Below the pieces are notes generated by a model. It had not been told where the DNA came from and did no database searches. It saw only the letters and a program-made list of their open reading frames with translations. The position numbers and the translations under genes are program-made. This document shows, in pieces, positions 21,295-31,824 of a stretch of 35,632 bases of DNA. Position 1 is the first letter of the stretch. Each line of letters opens with the position of its first letter. Origin of the DNA: Licmophora abbreviata (lineage: Eukaryota); the NCBI GenBank assembly GCA_900291995.1, contig OLMU01004772.1, forward strand, positions 1 through 35,632, given 5' to 3'.

Positions 21295-24200
21295 TTACAA
21301 ATTGATACGCTCGCTTTCCATCCTTGCTTGCCTATCTTCCGACAACCACTGCCTTAGAGACGACGCAATAGCGGTTGTATCCTTATGGTCGGCACCGAAA
21401 AGCACCGTGTACATTTCGAGAGCCTCGCGCAAGTGTGAGATTGACTTGATGCGTGATTCTTTCGTGTCGTCCTGTCGATGAATCGTTGCACACTTGATAT
21501 GTGCCTTGGCCTTCTCGACACGAGATGTGGCTGGGCTATCTTCCTTCACCTCCTGAAGCAATGTAGTGTAGGCTTCCAGAGCACCTTCAAAGTCACCCAT
21601 TTTCAGTTTCAGTGAGCCGACTCTTCCAAGCGCAGCCACCAGATGCTTGTGCTGCGAGGTACTCTTGACCGCTTCACCAGCATGGCCAGCTTTTCGTAGC
21701 AGTCCCTGCTCGTCAGCGTGCTCACGAAGTCCTTTGACTCCTTCCTCGTACGAGGCGATTGCTCCCTTCAAGTCGCCTTTCTTCGAGCAGATAGACGCGA
21801 TGTTAAGATTGATAAGAGTGACGTCGTAGTTGCATTTCATCTCGAACTCAGGGTCACGGATCAGAGGAGGAGCTAACGTTCTGTAAATTGACATTGCGCG
21901 TTGGTAGTGTACAAGAGCCTTCTCCATGCGACCATACTTGGCAAGCAAGATGGCGTAGCTATTGATTGCCTTCGCGACCGGTACACTATTCGCTCCATAT
22001 ACAGTCTTCTTTGCAGAGAACACTTCCTCAAACTTCGCGTCAGCACTGCTCCAGTCACCGACGTCGACCAACAAACTAGCGTAATTTTGAGCGTTGGCGA
22101 TGGCATCATGCTGCAAATTAGCATTGCACACGTCATAGATCCGAGTCGCTTCAGCGAACTTGAGAAGTGCCATTCGAGCCTCCCCGAGTTTCGTGAGCGC
22201 GCGAGCAACTGCATTCAGAGATCTCGCAACATCGATTGATCTGTTCGTGCTTCCAAGTATGCCGCGGTAGATGCCAAGCGCTTCCTCCAATCGAAGCATC
22301 GCGTCACGTTGCTGCTTGCCTTTCAGAAGTCCGTCGCCAACGAGCGACAGACAAAGCGCCCTGTCGAGAGCGTCGTGATCGTGCCTGAACACCTCTTCGA
22401 TGATGAGGAGACAACCGTCTCGAAGAGCAGCGTTGCCATCGACATTTTCTCCACCTTGGTCGTCTGATGCCACGCGTCGCAGCCCTGTCGATGTAGCCTC
22501 ACCCTCGTTCGATCCAACGCCGTTTGGCTTTGAAACAGACTTCTTGGAGGACGGAGGACCATGGCTGCACTCTCGACGGAGATCAAGCAGATCAGATACA
22601 TGTCGTCGGGTAGATTCGACAACGCCAAGTGCCCTAACACGGCGCCGGACGAATTCTTCATCAACCAAAAACTCGGCAGCAACCGGGTGTGATTCCGCTC
22701 GAATAAGATGAGTTGGCATGAAGGTGACGAGATACTCTTCCAGTTTGTCGCCCCCTTTGGTCCCCGCTACAATCCCCTCTGTGTCGTGAAAAGCCTGAAG
22801 GATAGGTCTACTCGCAACTCGTGCATCAAGCAGCGAGCCGACGACCAGATCGTGAACCTCACTGTCGTTGAGGCGTTCGCCTTTGCCATTGTTGTGGGAC
22901 AGCTGATCGGCGATGCGACGAAATGGAGCAGCCCAGAGTGGTCCTTGGCCGCCTCGTTTCTGAACGAAGACTGCTTCTGCGTCAGTTTCGTCAGCGAACG
23001 ACGTGTAGTCATCCAGAGTAGGTAGAAATGCTGGAGAAGCACGCTCTGAAATTCGCTCGGCCACTGCTTTGACCTGTTGGAGAGAGACAACGAGAGCACA
23101 AACAACTTGTGAATAAGGACTTCGACTGAGCAAAAATCTAATGAATTTCGATCCCTTACCGCGTCAGAAATAAGAAAAGAGGTGTTGTCAAATGAATCAA
23201 TGGAAGACAGATGTGAAGTCAAGGCATCACCCAGCGACTCGTCGTCATGTGCCTCTCCCTCGCCACCCGATTCAATTTGATCGGAAGCGTAGTCTGACTT
23301 AGGGGAGTGACATCCATGTCGAGCCCGCTGTAAGAGATGGACAGCCTCGAGACCCTCAAGAACAAGTTCCGCAGGAGGCTGACAAGCTTCGTCCAATCCG
23401 GCAGCAATAGTGGACGAGAAAAGCTTCAGAATTACACACTGCGGTATGCCCCGTCCCACCAAGACCCATTCATGCTCGCCAAACGCGGCCGCAAAAGTCA
23501 CGAGGCATCGACGCATACAGCAACGGACCGCAAGGTCTTCCACACTCAAGAAGCTGAGGTCAACAATCCGCGAAACAGAGTGAGCAAAGCTTCGCAGCCG
23601 TGAAGCTTCTTCCAGACTCATTCTGCATTGTCCGAGAAGAACTTTCCAGATTGCAGAAGAAAGGTTCCAATTGCGATTGTTGTGGCGCAGCATACCCCCA
23701 GCGATTCGGACCGCAAGTGGCGCGTTTCCACAGCCCTTCACGATCCCACGAGCTTGATTGAACACCGCAGAATTCTTTCCCCCATAGGGTCGCCGACCGG
23801 CAGATGAAAGCAGTAGCTTGACGGCCTCGTGTTCAGAGAAAATACGGACAAACACTTCTTGAACCACGCCAGCGCCAAGCAAGGAAGGTGTCCGAGTAGT
23901 GACCAGAATTCTACAGAGGTTGGAATCTGGCGACTCGACCGACTTCTTCACAAGCTGATCGAAGACGAACCACTTCGCGTCCTCAACTCGCCAAACATCG
24001 TCGAGGCAGATCAGAATCTTCCGCTGTGCTATGAGTTGCCCTAACTCCTCCTTGATAGATTCCAAGTCGCCTCCTTGGAATCTTCGCCTCGTGCTGGCTA
24101 TCTGCATCGAAATGTCATGCTCAGTATCAGACTTTCCACCCTTGTCGTCGAGACTCCCAAAACTGGAGCCTCCTCGCGACGCAGTATCCGCCTTGTCGTC

Positions 24201-26872
24201 AGAGGATCCTTGGACAGAGTTGCCATCGTGGACAGAGTCACGGTCAAAAAGTTGACGATACAGCTCGTCATAAAGACGGCGAATATCCTTCTCGTCCAGA
24301 GGGTTGCGCCCAAGATGCACCCATCCTATTCCATCCGGAAATCGTTCTCGCACTTCCACAGTCTGAATTGACGCGACTGCCAGGGTAGTTTTTCCATTGC
24401 CTGCTTTGTCCCCATGCCGAGATGTAATCGATGTAATGAATGAAGCTGCTGGAGTCTCTTCGTCCGTGTCTCGCGGACCAGCTCCACTATTGTCGCACAA
24501 GCAGTTGACAACCTGCTTCATCAGACGATGACGGTGAATGTACTCAAAAGGGAGGTTCGGTACTGCCGACGGAATGTCTGCTTTAGGCATCCAATCCGGC
24601 TTTAAGTTGGCCAGCTCACTGCCGATTGAAAAGAAGCGCCATTCTTTGGTAAGATTATTTCTTTCCTAATCATGTGTGGATAAAACAAAAGGCAACGTAC
24701 CTATCACTCGTCGAAGCGAGACGATTCTTCATTTTCTCTTCTCGTAGACCTCGGATAACATCAACAAGCTCATCCTTCGGCTTGACAGGTTTCGCTGCAG
24801 AGAGCTGCTGCTTTGGGGGCTTCGACCGCATAACGTTCCTCGCCGAGTCGCTGACACTAAGAGAACGCTGCAGCATGGCGAGGTTACCGCTCGTCACAGG
24901 CGTCGTAACGGCGGAGAAGCCATCATCAGCTGCTACTGCGCCGGCAGAGGCTCCAGACTTCTCTCGATGCTGCCGCAGTCGTGGTGTTGGCGTCGCTCGT
25001 CGCGCCCGTACGCGGCCTGCCGTGGGGAGTAGTTGTCGGCCACGGGTAAACATGCTCTTACGCCCACTGGCGCTGGATGTATCGGTCGATTTGGAAGAGC
25101 CGCTGACAGTGTCACTCGCGGTATCGGAGTCGTCGTCCGCTACCGAGCGCGTATCTGCCACTGCCCCAACCGCCTTTTCAACCCTTGAGTTCCAGGAGCG
25201 GATAGACTCGATGTCTCCTTTTTCATGAGGCTGCACCAAGCGAAAGAAAAGCGTGTACTTCCTCTCCCGCCGCACCAACATCCCCTCAAGAATTTTGTTA
25301 CACTTCTTGATCACATCACGGAGGCACTTGAAAGTCGTGTCGTCTTTCAGCGCCCCACGTGTGGCAGTATCAACCGCGACTTCGTCGACTAGGGCAAGGA
25401 GCTACGAACAAGAAATGCAGAAGAAGACTGGGTAAGGCATACTACGCTTCGAGGAGCCAGAACACGATCTGTTTCGAGTCCATTGAACTTACAAAGTCCA
25501 AGTTTCCTACAAACTCCCAGAGGACCGTTCTCGCCGAGATCTCCTCCGGACTCATAGTGGTTCCTTTCTCTTCTTCCTCCGGAACGGGCTTCTCCGGCGT
25601 TGCCCCCAAAGCAGCGTACGCGTCCTTGACACCCACGGCGAGCTCATGAAAGAGCTTCAGATTACTGGGTGCTTTACGAGGAAGCTTCGACGTCGATCCG
25701 GGCGCCTTCTGATTATAGTACGCGTCACTCTTACACGAAGTAACCGCTACCAGCATCGCCTTGTGCTCCGATTCTGCGTCGTGTTGCGTCTTTCTACTAC
25801 TAGATCGCGATCGAGACACCGACCGGATTCTTTCCAATACACCACGGCGACCAGATCGATTCGACTGGATCGGCGTGGTTTCCGTTGTTGCACTTCCTGT
25901 CGACAACAGAGACGCATTCTCAGAATCGTCATAACGCAAGGATGACCGACTGCTTCGACCACGCTCCACGGCTGGCACCTTCTCTTCTCCAGATTGCTTC
26001 TGACTGCTGGATACAGAAGAGTCTGACTCCTCGTCGCGGTGCTCAGGCTTCTTCTTCGATGCAAAACTGAGCCTCTTGCGAAATGATTTCTGTTTGTTGG
26101 TTTTGGGAGGCATACTATTCTTCGATGCAGTTGTCACTGTCGTGGCCATTTTTGGTTTCTGCAAACTAAGATTCACTCGCTTCCGACGAGGCGGCTTCAA
26201 AAGTTCGATGGGAATAAGACTTCTACTGAGAGCAGTAACGTCCTCCAATCTAGCCAAGGGAAAATCGTCAACTTCGTCGACACGCACCAACAGCTTAGGT
26301 CTGGCAAGTGGAGTCTCGAGCGTGGAGCGAAGAGGGCAAGATGCGCTTGGGCTTGTTTCTTTCGTAGCCTGCTGCTGTGATTCTCTGTCTGCAACTCGTT
26401 GTGCCCAAACTACTTGAGCTGTCTTGTCGATGTGTTCGCCGGAGTCGTCAAGATCGAACGAGTCGCTAGCTCTTCGTTTCTTCTGGCGTGGGCGGCACGG
26501 AGGTTTGTCGAATGCTTTAGGAGGAGGATCCCGATGAGCGACTTCAGAAGTTCTAACCGTCGGTTCGTCGTCTCTTCCAGTCCCAGTTTCTGATCCTCGC
26601 TGGTGATGTGGACCCTGATGACTCCGACTCGTCCTGCACTTGTTTGCACGATTTGAAGTGAGCTTTTCCTTGTCGCTATCTCTTCCAGATTTCAGACTTT
26701 CGTCCCCTTTTCCTTTTTCTTCCACAATAGGTTGCTTCCGAGCCCTTAGCGGCGAGACAAGAGAAGGATCCAAAAGTTGAGTTTTTGCAGAAAATGCCGT
26801 CGGCCTGTCATCCTCATGGCCCAGACCGGCGCTACGAGACTTTGCACCGGCGACGTAGCGGCTGGTAGACAT
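21295..26872 (-). CDS. NLR-like STAND NTPase: disordered N-terminus, helical bundle, NB-ARC, TPR repeats (~1772 aa)
   Basis: Exons 26872-25493, 25401-24701, 24618-23160 and 23073-21295 join in frame (5319 nt). Motifs: VPNLP...IHR (pre-P-loop), AGNGKTTLA (Walker A), ILICLDDVW (Walker B), RILVTTR (RNBS-B), CGNAPLAVRIAG (GLPL). Kinesin-light-chain-type TPRs (VARSLNAVA, VYGANSVPVAKAINSYA, LFGADHKDTTAI). Start codon uncertain; alternative ATG at 26149. Confidence 0.88.
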
Positions 26873-27675
26873 CCTACGAATCGTGCGGCGCGTCCGTTGC
26901 GCACGCTGGCCAATCCACACGAAAGCGCTCCGGGAATATAAATGCTGACGTCAATACTTAGAAGGGAAGACAGACACTGTGAAGAGTTGTGACACACGGA
27001 GCAGGCTTTTGAATCAAATATATTCCTCAGCCTTGTGGACTTGTATATGTTTCGTCTGCCCGACGTCCGCCAAGACACTGACAAAGAGACGACGACGACA
27101 CTGGCGAGGAGCAGTGCAAGAAATGTGGTCCGTATCACGATGGTCTCGTTGCTAAATTCGCCCCGGAAAGTCTAAATAGAGCAACCGGTTCTCAAGGTAT
27201 CGAGTGATATTTCAGAGGTCAAAATCTGATCCTCCTGTGGCAACCGTGTGAGGTTTTCCAAATTGACTCGAAAAACTTGCGGTCGTCGACGAAAAAAGTA
27301 CAAACGGCGATGGGTCTCAAGGGAACATTTTGAAGGAGTCTTCCACGATACGAAAGACACGATGAACGCGACGTGATGCTCACCTACTGTGCGTCTCGGC
27401 TCTCAATACCGTGGCAAAACAGCGTGGACGGGGACCACCAGCTTTGTTGTGGTTGAAAGTGTGATGACGACGCAAGAGTACTTTGGAATTTGTCGGTCTC
27501 GCCGGACAGTCGGAGTAGTCATAACAATGCTATACATACTCCAGCATTGAATAGAGGATATCATTTTCTACTATACGTGTTCGTAGAAACCCTATATTTC
27601 AACAGAAAGTCTGACATTTTTCTGCGACGACGATGGCAAAATCCATCAGAGAGATCAGAGCGGAACGGCGACATC

Positions 27676-28719
27676 ATGCCTCCCAGCGTAGAAGATCCGG
27701 CGTTGTTGGCCTCGGTTTCCTTTTTGGTGTCGGAGGGTGCATCCTGGGCAACACCGAAGGAAGGAGAAAGTGAATCGCCCGTTCATGTGCTTTCGAACGT
27801 CCGCTACGCCGACGACTCGCCTCTGCAGTCGCTGGATCTCTATTTTCCCGACGATCTACTCAGGTCATCATCGCCGATCAAGAAGCTTCCAGTCTACATT
27901 CACATACATGGAGGCGGATGGTCGCGTGGGTCGAAGGATAACTCCTTTTACGGTGGACCAGCCATGTCTCACAACGCAGCAGCCACAGGCTGTATCGCTG
28001 TCGCACCCGGATATCGACTAGGACAGTACCCCGAGTTCATGCTGGACGCCGCCACTGCGATTCGTTGGGTACGCGAACATATCACGGACCTGGGCGGTGA
28101 TCTATCCAAGGTTTTTCTCTCGGGACATTCCGCTGGAAGTCACATTGCGTCCCTGCTCGTGGTGCGGCATTCTACCTTTCTCGCGCCTGCAGGAATTCCT
28201 TTGGACTTCTTCACGGGACTGATACTGGCCTCGGGAGTCTATGACTTGTTCCAACCGCTACGCAAGGCCCCTCTCGATGCTAAGAACAAATGGTTCTATC
28301 TCGCCTATGTCCTACCGGCTTTTGGTAAAGACGAAACGCTGCGACGCGAAGCGTCCCCGCTGTTGCTCCTGGAACCAGACAAGGAGACGAGCTGGCTTGG
28401 GACTGTTGCCACGGCGATTCGAAGTTCTTGGACTGCTGCTGGTGACAACAACGACGAGTCAGCGGATGAAATCACGCGGGATGCATCGCCGTCACCATCA
28501 TTGGAAATCAACACGACGCATCTCCCTAGTACGCTCATCCTGAATGCTGCGTTCGACATGGGCCTCGAAGAGAATGGGGAACTGATGGCGGCAGCAATGT
28601 CCAAACACACGAAAGTCAAGTATGTTAGAGTGCCAGGGACGGACCATGCATCGATTTGTTGGAATGAAACGTCGACAACAGAGATGAGGGACTTTATCCG
28701 ATCTCATTGCCAGGAGTGA
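27676..28719 (+). CDS. Alpha/beta hydrolase, HSL family (kynurenine formamidase / isoprenylcysteine methylesterase-like)
   Basis: LDLYFP, oxyanion motif HIHGGGW, nucleophile elbow GHSAG, SGVYDL, candidate catalytic Asp (AAFD) and His (TDHAS). Intronless. Confidence 0.88.
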   Translation: MPPSVEDPALLASVSFLVSEGASWATPKEGESESPVHVLSNVRYADDSPLQSLDLYFPDDLLRSSSPIKKLPVYIHIHGGGWSRGSKDNSFYGGPAMSHNAAATGCIAVAPGYRLGQYPEFMLDAATAIRWVREHITDLGGDLSKVFLSGHSAGSHIASLLVVRHSTFLAPAGIPLDFFTGLILASGVYDLFQPLRKAPLDAKNKWFYLAYVLPAFGKDETLRREASPLLLLEPDKETSWLGTVATAIRSSWTAAGDNNDESADEITRDASPSPSLEINTTHLPSTLILNAAFDMGLEENGELMAAAMSKHTKVKYVRVPGTDHASICWNETSTTEMRDFIRSHCQE

Positions 28720-28906
28720 GTCCTCGGTTGTCACCGATGAGGACTCGAACGTGGAAGAGATCGCGGGCTACCGGTATATTGCTTCGATACAGCAATCTAG
28801 TCCAGTCATTCCTTTTTTAAAAGTAAGGCAGAACTATGAGCCTAGCCATATCTTAAATTCGTACTTTTAAAATGCAATCTAGCCCATCATCGTCTCCACT
28901 TGTATA

Positions 28907-30246
28907 TTACTGCGTATGCTTTGCCTTCTTAGACTTGCTAGAGGCCTTGTCCTGCAGCTCAGAGAGAATGCCACTACTTGCTAGACAGATTCCAGACCAC
29001 CCCGTGAGGGAGAGCGAGTGTCCCTTCAAAAAGATCGAAAGCAAGACGGAAAAGATCTTGCGCGTCGTCGTGATAGTCGACAAGACGAGAGGATCAAAGT
29101 TGGCAATCGTGTAAAAGATAAAGGACTGGCCCACGGCAGAGCAGACGGCAAACTTGCAAATTTTCGCAAAGATTTCAGGATGATCCGAGCAAAAGGCCAT
29201 TCCCGAGGCGACTTCTCCCAGACCACCCGCAATCACCAAGGCTGTAAGGCACATGAAGAGGTTCGTCCAAAACATGAAATCGTATGGTTTGGGCTTGACA
29301 CCGACCTTGGCCGTTTCCTTCTTGAGACGCTTCTGGAAACCGGCAGTTACACCGTCCAAGAGGAGAGAAGCGACAATGTAAACGACCCCCATGGTGGAAG
29401 AAGTCGATCCCGCCCCCTTCTTTTTGTTCATGGAGACAATCGCTGTACCTCCAATTATGGCCGCCACCTGCAAGTACTCCCGCACCGAGTACGACGCTCC
29501 ACCGAGAAGCAACGATCCCGCCATGACGGGAGCCATCTTGCCACTCTTGGCAAGCGTGGCAACCGGAAAACTCAAACCGTTCGCCAGTGCCAAGCTGGTA
29601 CAGGCCTTGGCGGTGACTTGGGAGGCCCCCGAGACTGCGAAAAAGGGCAGCGGGATGCCCTTGGTCGGCCCGGTGACGGCCATGCCAATCAAGCCAAAGA
29701 CCACATTCGCAAAGGCTTCCAGCACCTGAAGGAACCAAGCTTGCTTGAAAGCCGACCCATCTTCGGCCTTGAAGCGGAAGACATCTTCCTGCAAGGACCC
29801 ATAGTACAAGAACGCGGTGTAAATGCCAGCGGCACCGATCAAGAGTTTGACGGCGTCTGGAAGGCCGGCAGAGGGAGCAGCATCCGTGCCTCCAGTCATG
29901 CTTAGTACGTTTGGACTGCAACGAATGAATTCGATACGAGATACGAACGTGAGTAAGCTTGCCGATATCGTCACTCTTTCGCCGTCAGCAGTCATACTTC
30001 CATAGCTCACCTTTTCTTTAGACTAGCGCCGACAGCAATGACAGAAGTCTTACTAGCTTGTTGGCTCACGGCCGTAAGAGAACCTTTAGTCGAGAGGGGT
30101 GAGTAGTTCGACGTGGGAATCGATGCGGAAGATCGAGCGTTGGGATGAGTATCGCCACCGGAAGCAAGGGCTGGCGTACTGATGCAGTAGGACACGAAGA
30201 TAACCAGCAATGCAATCAGGAACGACGACGAGCTGCGACGATTCAT
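28907..30246 (-). CDS. Nucleotide-sugar transporter of the UAA family (SLC35B1/UTr1-like) with N-terminal presequence
   Basis: Core motifs YGSLQE, FPVATLAKSGKMAPVM, LLLDGVT, GQSFIF and TTTRKIFSVLLS. Upstream exon 30246-30011 splices in frame (GTGAGC...TGCAG, intron 30010-29916) to exon 29915-28907, giving 414 aa. The core (29899-28907) is secure; exon 1 is less certain. Confidence 0.85.
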
Positions 30247-30781
30247 AAAGACTCTCCAACGACAAGAGAGCGATGACCAGGTGCTTTGAGGATGTTGACG
30301 CAGTAAAACAAGCGATCGAAAGAGGTCACAAAGAGCTAATGATGATAATGCCAACGAACAGCAACGACGCGCCGATCTTTGAGGGTCTTCGAGCCATCAC
30401 ATCATCGCCGCCGCGCGTCGTTCGTCTCGCGCATTCATTCGTTCGGTCTACGCGCTTCCACGTGTACGGTCGTAGAGGTCGCCGCCGTCCTCTCAGGAGC
30501 AACTTTGTGATGACCCGGATATACTCGTACTTTTGGCGCGCCAACGGAGGATGATGCGATGGATTCCTTCGGCGACGCTGAGTGAGCTGAGGATCGAGGA
30601 TGCAGCAGCGCTCGTGATCATTGCTCATTCATATTACCGTTCCTTCGCCTTTTGCTGTCGTAAGGTTCATTTCTAGGTTCTAGAGCTGTCGAGAGGCTTG
30701 CTAAAAAATCGTGACTTGAAAATCAGGAGAGAAAAAATTGAAACGGAGCACTGTATCATACGATACTTGCGCAGGAGAAGC

Positions 30782-31159
30782 ATGGGTTCCAATCAGAGTG
30801 TGGAAAGTCAAAATGACAAAAATGCGGCATTGCCTAATGATCCCTCTACCATCAGTCAGGAAGCAGGAGGAGCATCGAAGACTTCCAAAAGTAATCGTAG
30901 CAAGAAGAACAATCTCTCTGGCTTTCCCCTAATCCAACACAAGTGTCGACGGAAAAAGGCCGCGTACGACAAGTGTCATACTCAATGGTATCAAGGACTG
31001 TTCATCACTGGGAAAGATATCGATCGAGATGAAGATTGTGATGATTTATTTGACGACTACCGGGAGTGTATATTGCGAGGCATGAAGAAGGATCGGGAGA
31101 AGCGTGGACTCCAAGCTGCGGCCGAAGGCAGCATACTCGCCGAAGTCGATGACGAATGA
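30782..31159 (+). CDS. Mdm35/TRIAP1-like twin CX9C protein
   Basis: CRRKKAAYDKCHTQWY...F..G...CDDLFDDYREC matches the Mdm35/TRIAP1 pattern (C..K..YD.CF..W...F..G...C..LF..Y..C). N-terminal extension begins MGSNQS. Confidence 0.75.
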   Translation: MGSNQSVESQNDKNAALPNDPSTISQEAGGASKTSKSNRSKKNNLSGFPLIQHKCRRKKAAYDKCHTQWYQGLFITGKDIDRDEDCDDLFDDYRECILRGMKKDREKRGLQAAAEGSILAEVDDE

Positions 31160-31824
31160 GATGCCGACGAGGGTTGTACACATGATGAGTCATCCAACCT
31201 AGAGACAATTGTGGGTTTTGCAGCTGTCTGGTTCCGATGCTAGAGGGATGTTCCCGTTGTGCTGATGACTTTGTTCGGAAACTAGAGTGCAGCGTGCTCG
31301 GTGCACGTGCGACCAGCAAAGAAACGCGGCGCTGTTTCGCCTACATCCACGGTGTGATAATAGAAACAGCTAACTTTCTATGCAGCGCGAAGTATAAAGT
31401 GTTTCTATTCGTCTATAGGCGCTATGATTTACCGTCTACAATATGATCGAATACACCGCCTCTTCTGCGATTCAGTCGTGATCCCGATCGAGAAAGCGGG
31501 ATGGATGAGTCGTCTGCCGCGCGTTGTTACAGCCAAACAGAGCTAGCACGACTTTGGCGGGACTCAACTTCTGCATATCCAATGAATAACAATTCCAGAG
31601 TGATGAAATAATTAGCTTCATCCCCGTAGGATAATATAAACTCCGAGCACTCTGCACCTCTAAATTTTGGAAAGCGGGAAACACGCAAATTTCAAAGTTG
31701 CAACGGACCATGTGCTCATCGAGTTCGTTTGCACTTGTGAATAGCCTGTCTTGAGCCGTTGCTTGCCTTTGATCGTGTGCATCGGTGATATTTGTACTGA
31801 AGGTTGTTGGCTTTGAGGTGAATC

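Noticed and set aside
22767..23159. Apparent overlap of separate NB-ARC and TPR genes, or a frameshift between them
   Set aside because: Resolved by a canonical 86-nt intron (23159-23074) that joins them into one gene.
26746..27138. ORF with a signal-peptide-like start (MIRTTFLALLLASVVVV)
   Set aside because: It starts at GTG rather than ATG, has no recognisable domain, and overlaps the start of the NLR-like gene in another frame.
29018..29905. 295-aa plus-strand ORF and a 248-aa alternate-frame ORF over the transporter
   Set aside because: Shadow frames of a GC-rich, codon-biased gene with no recognisable motifs.
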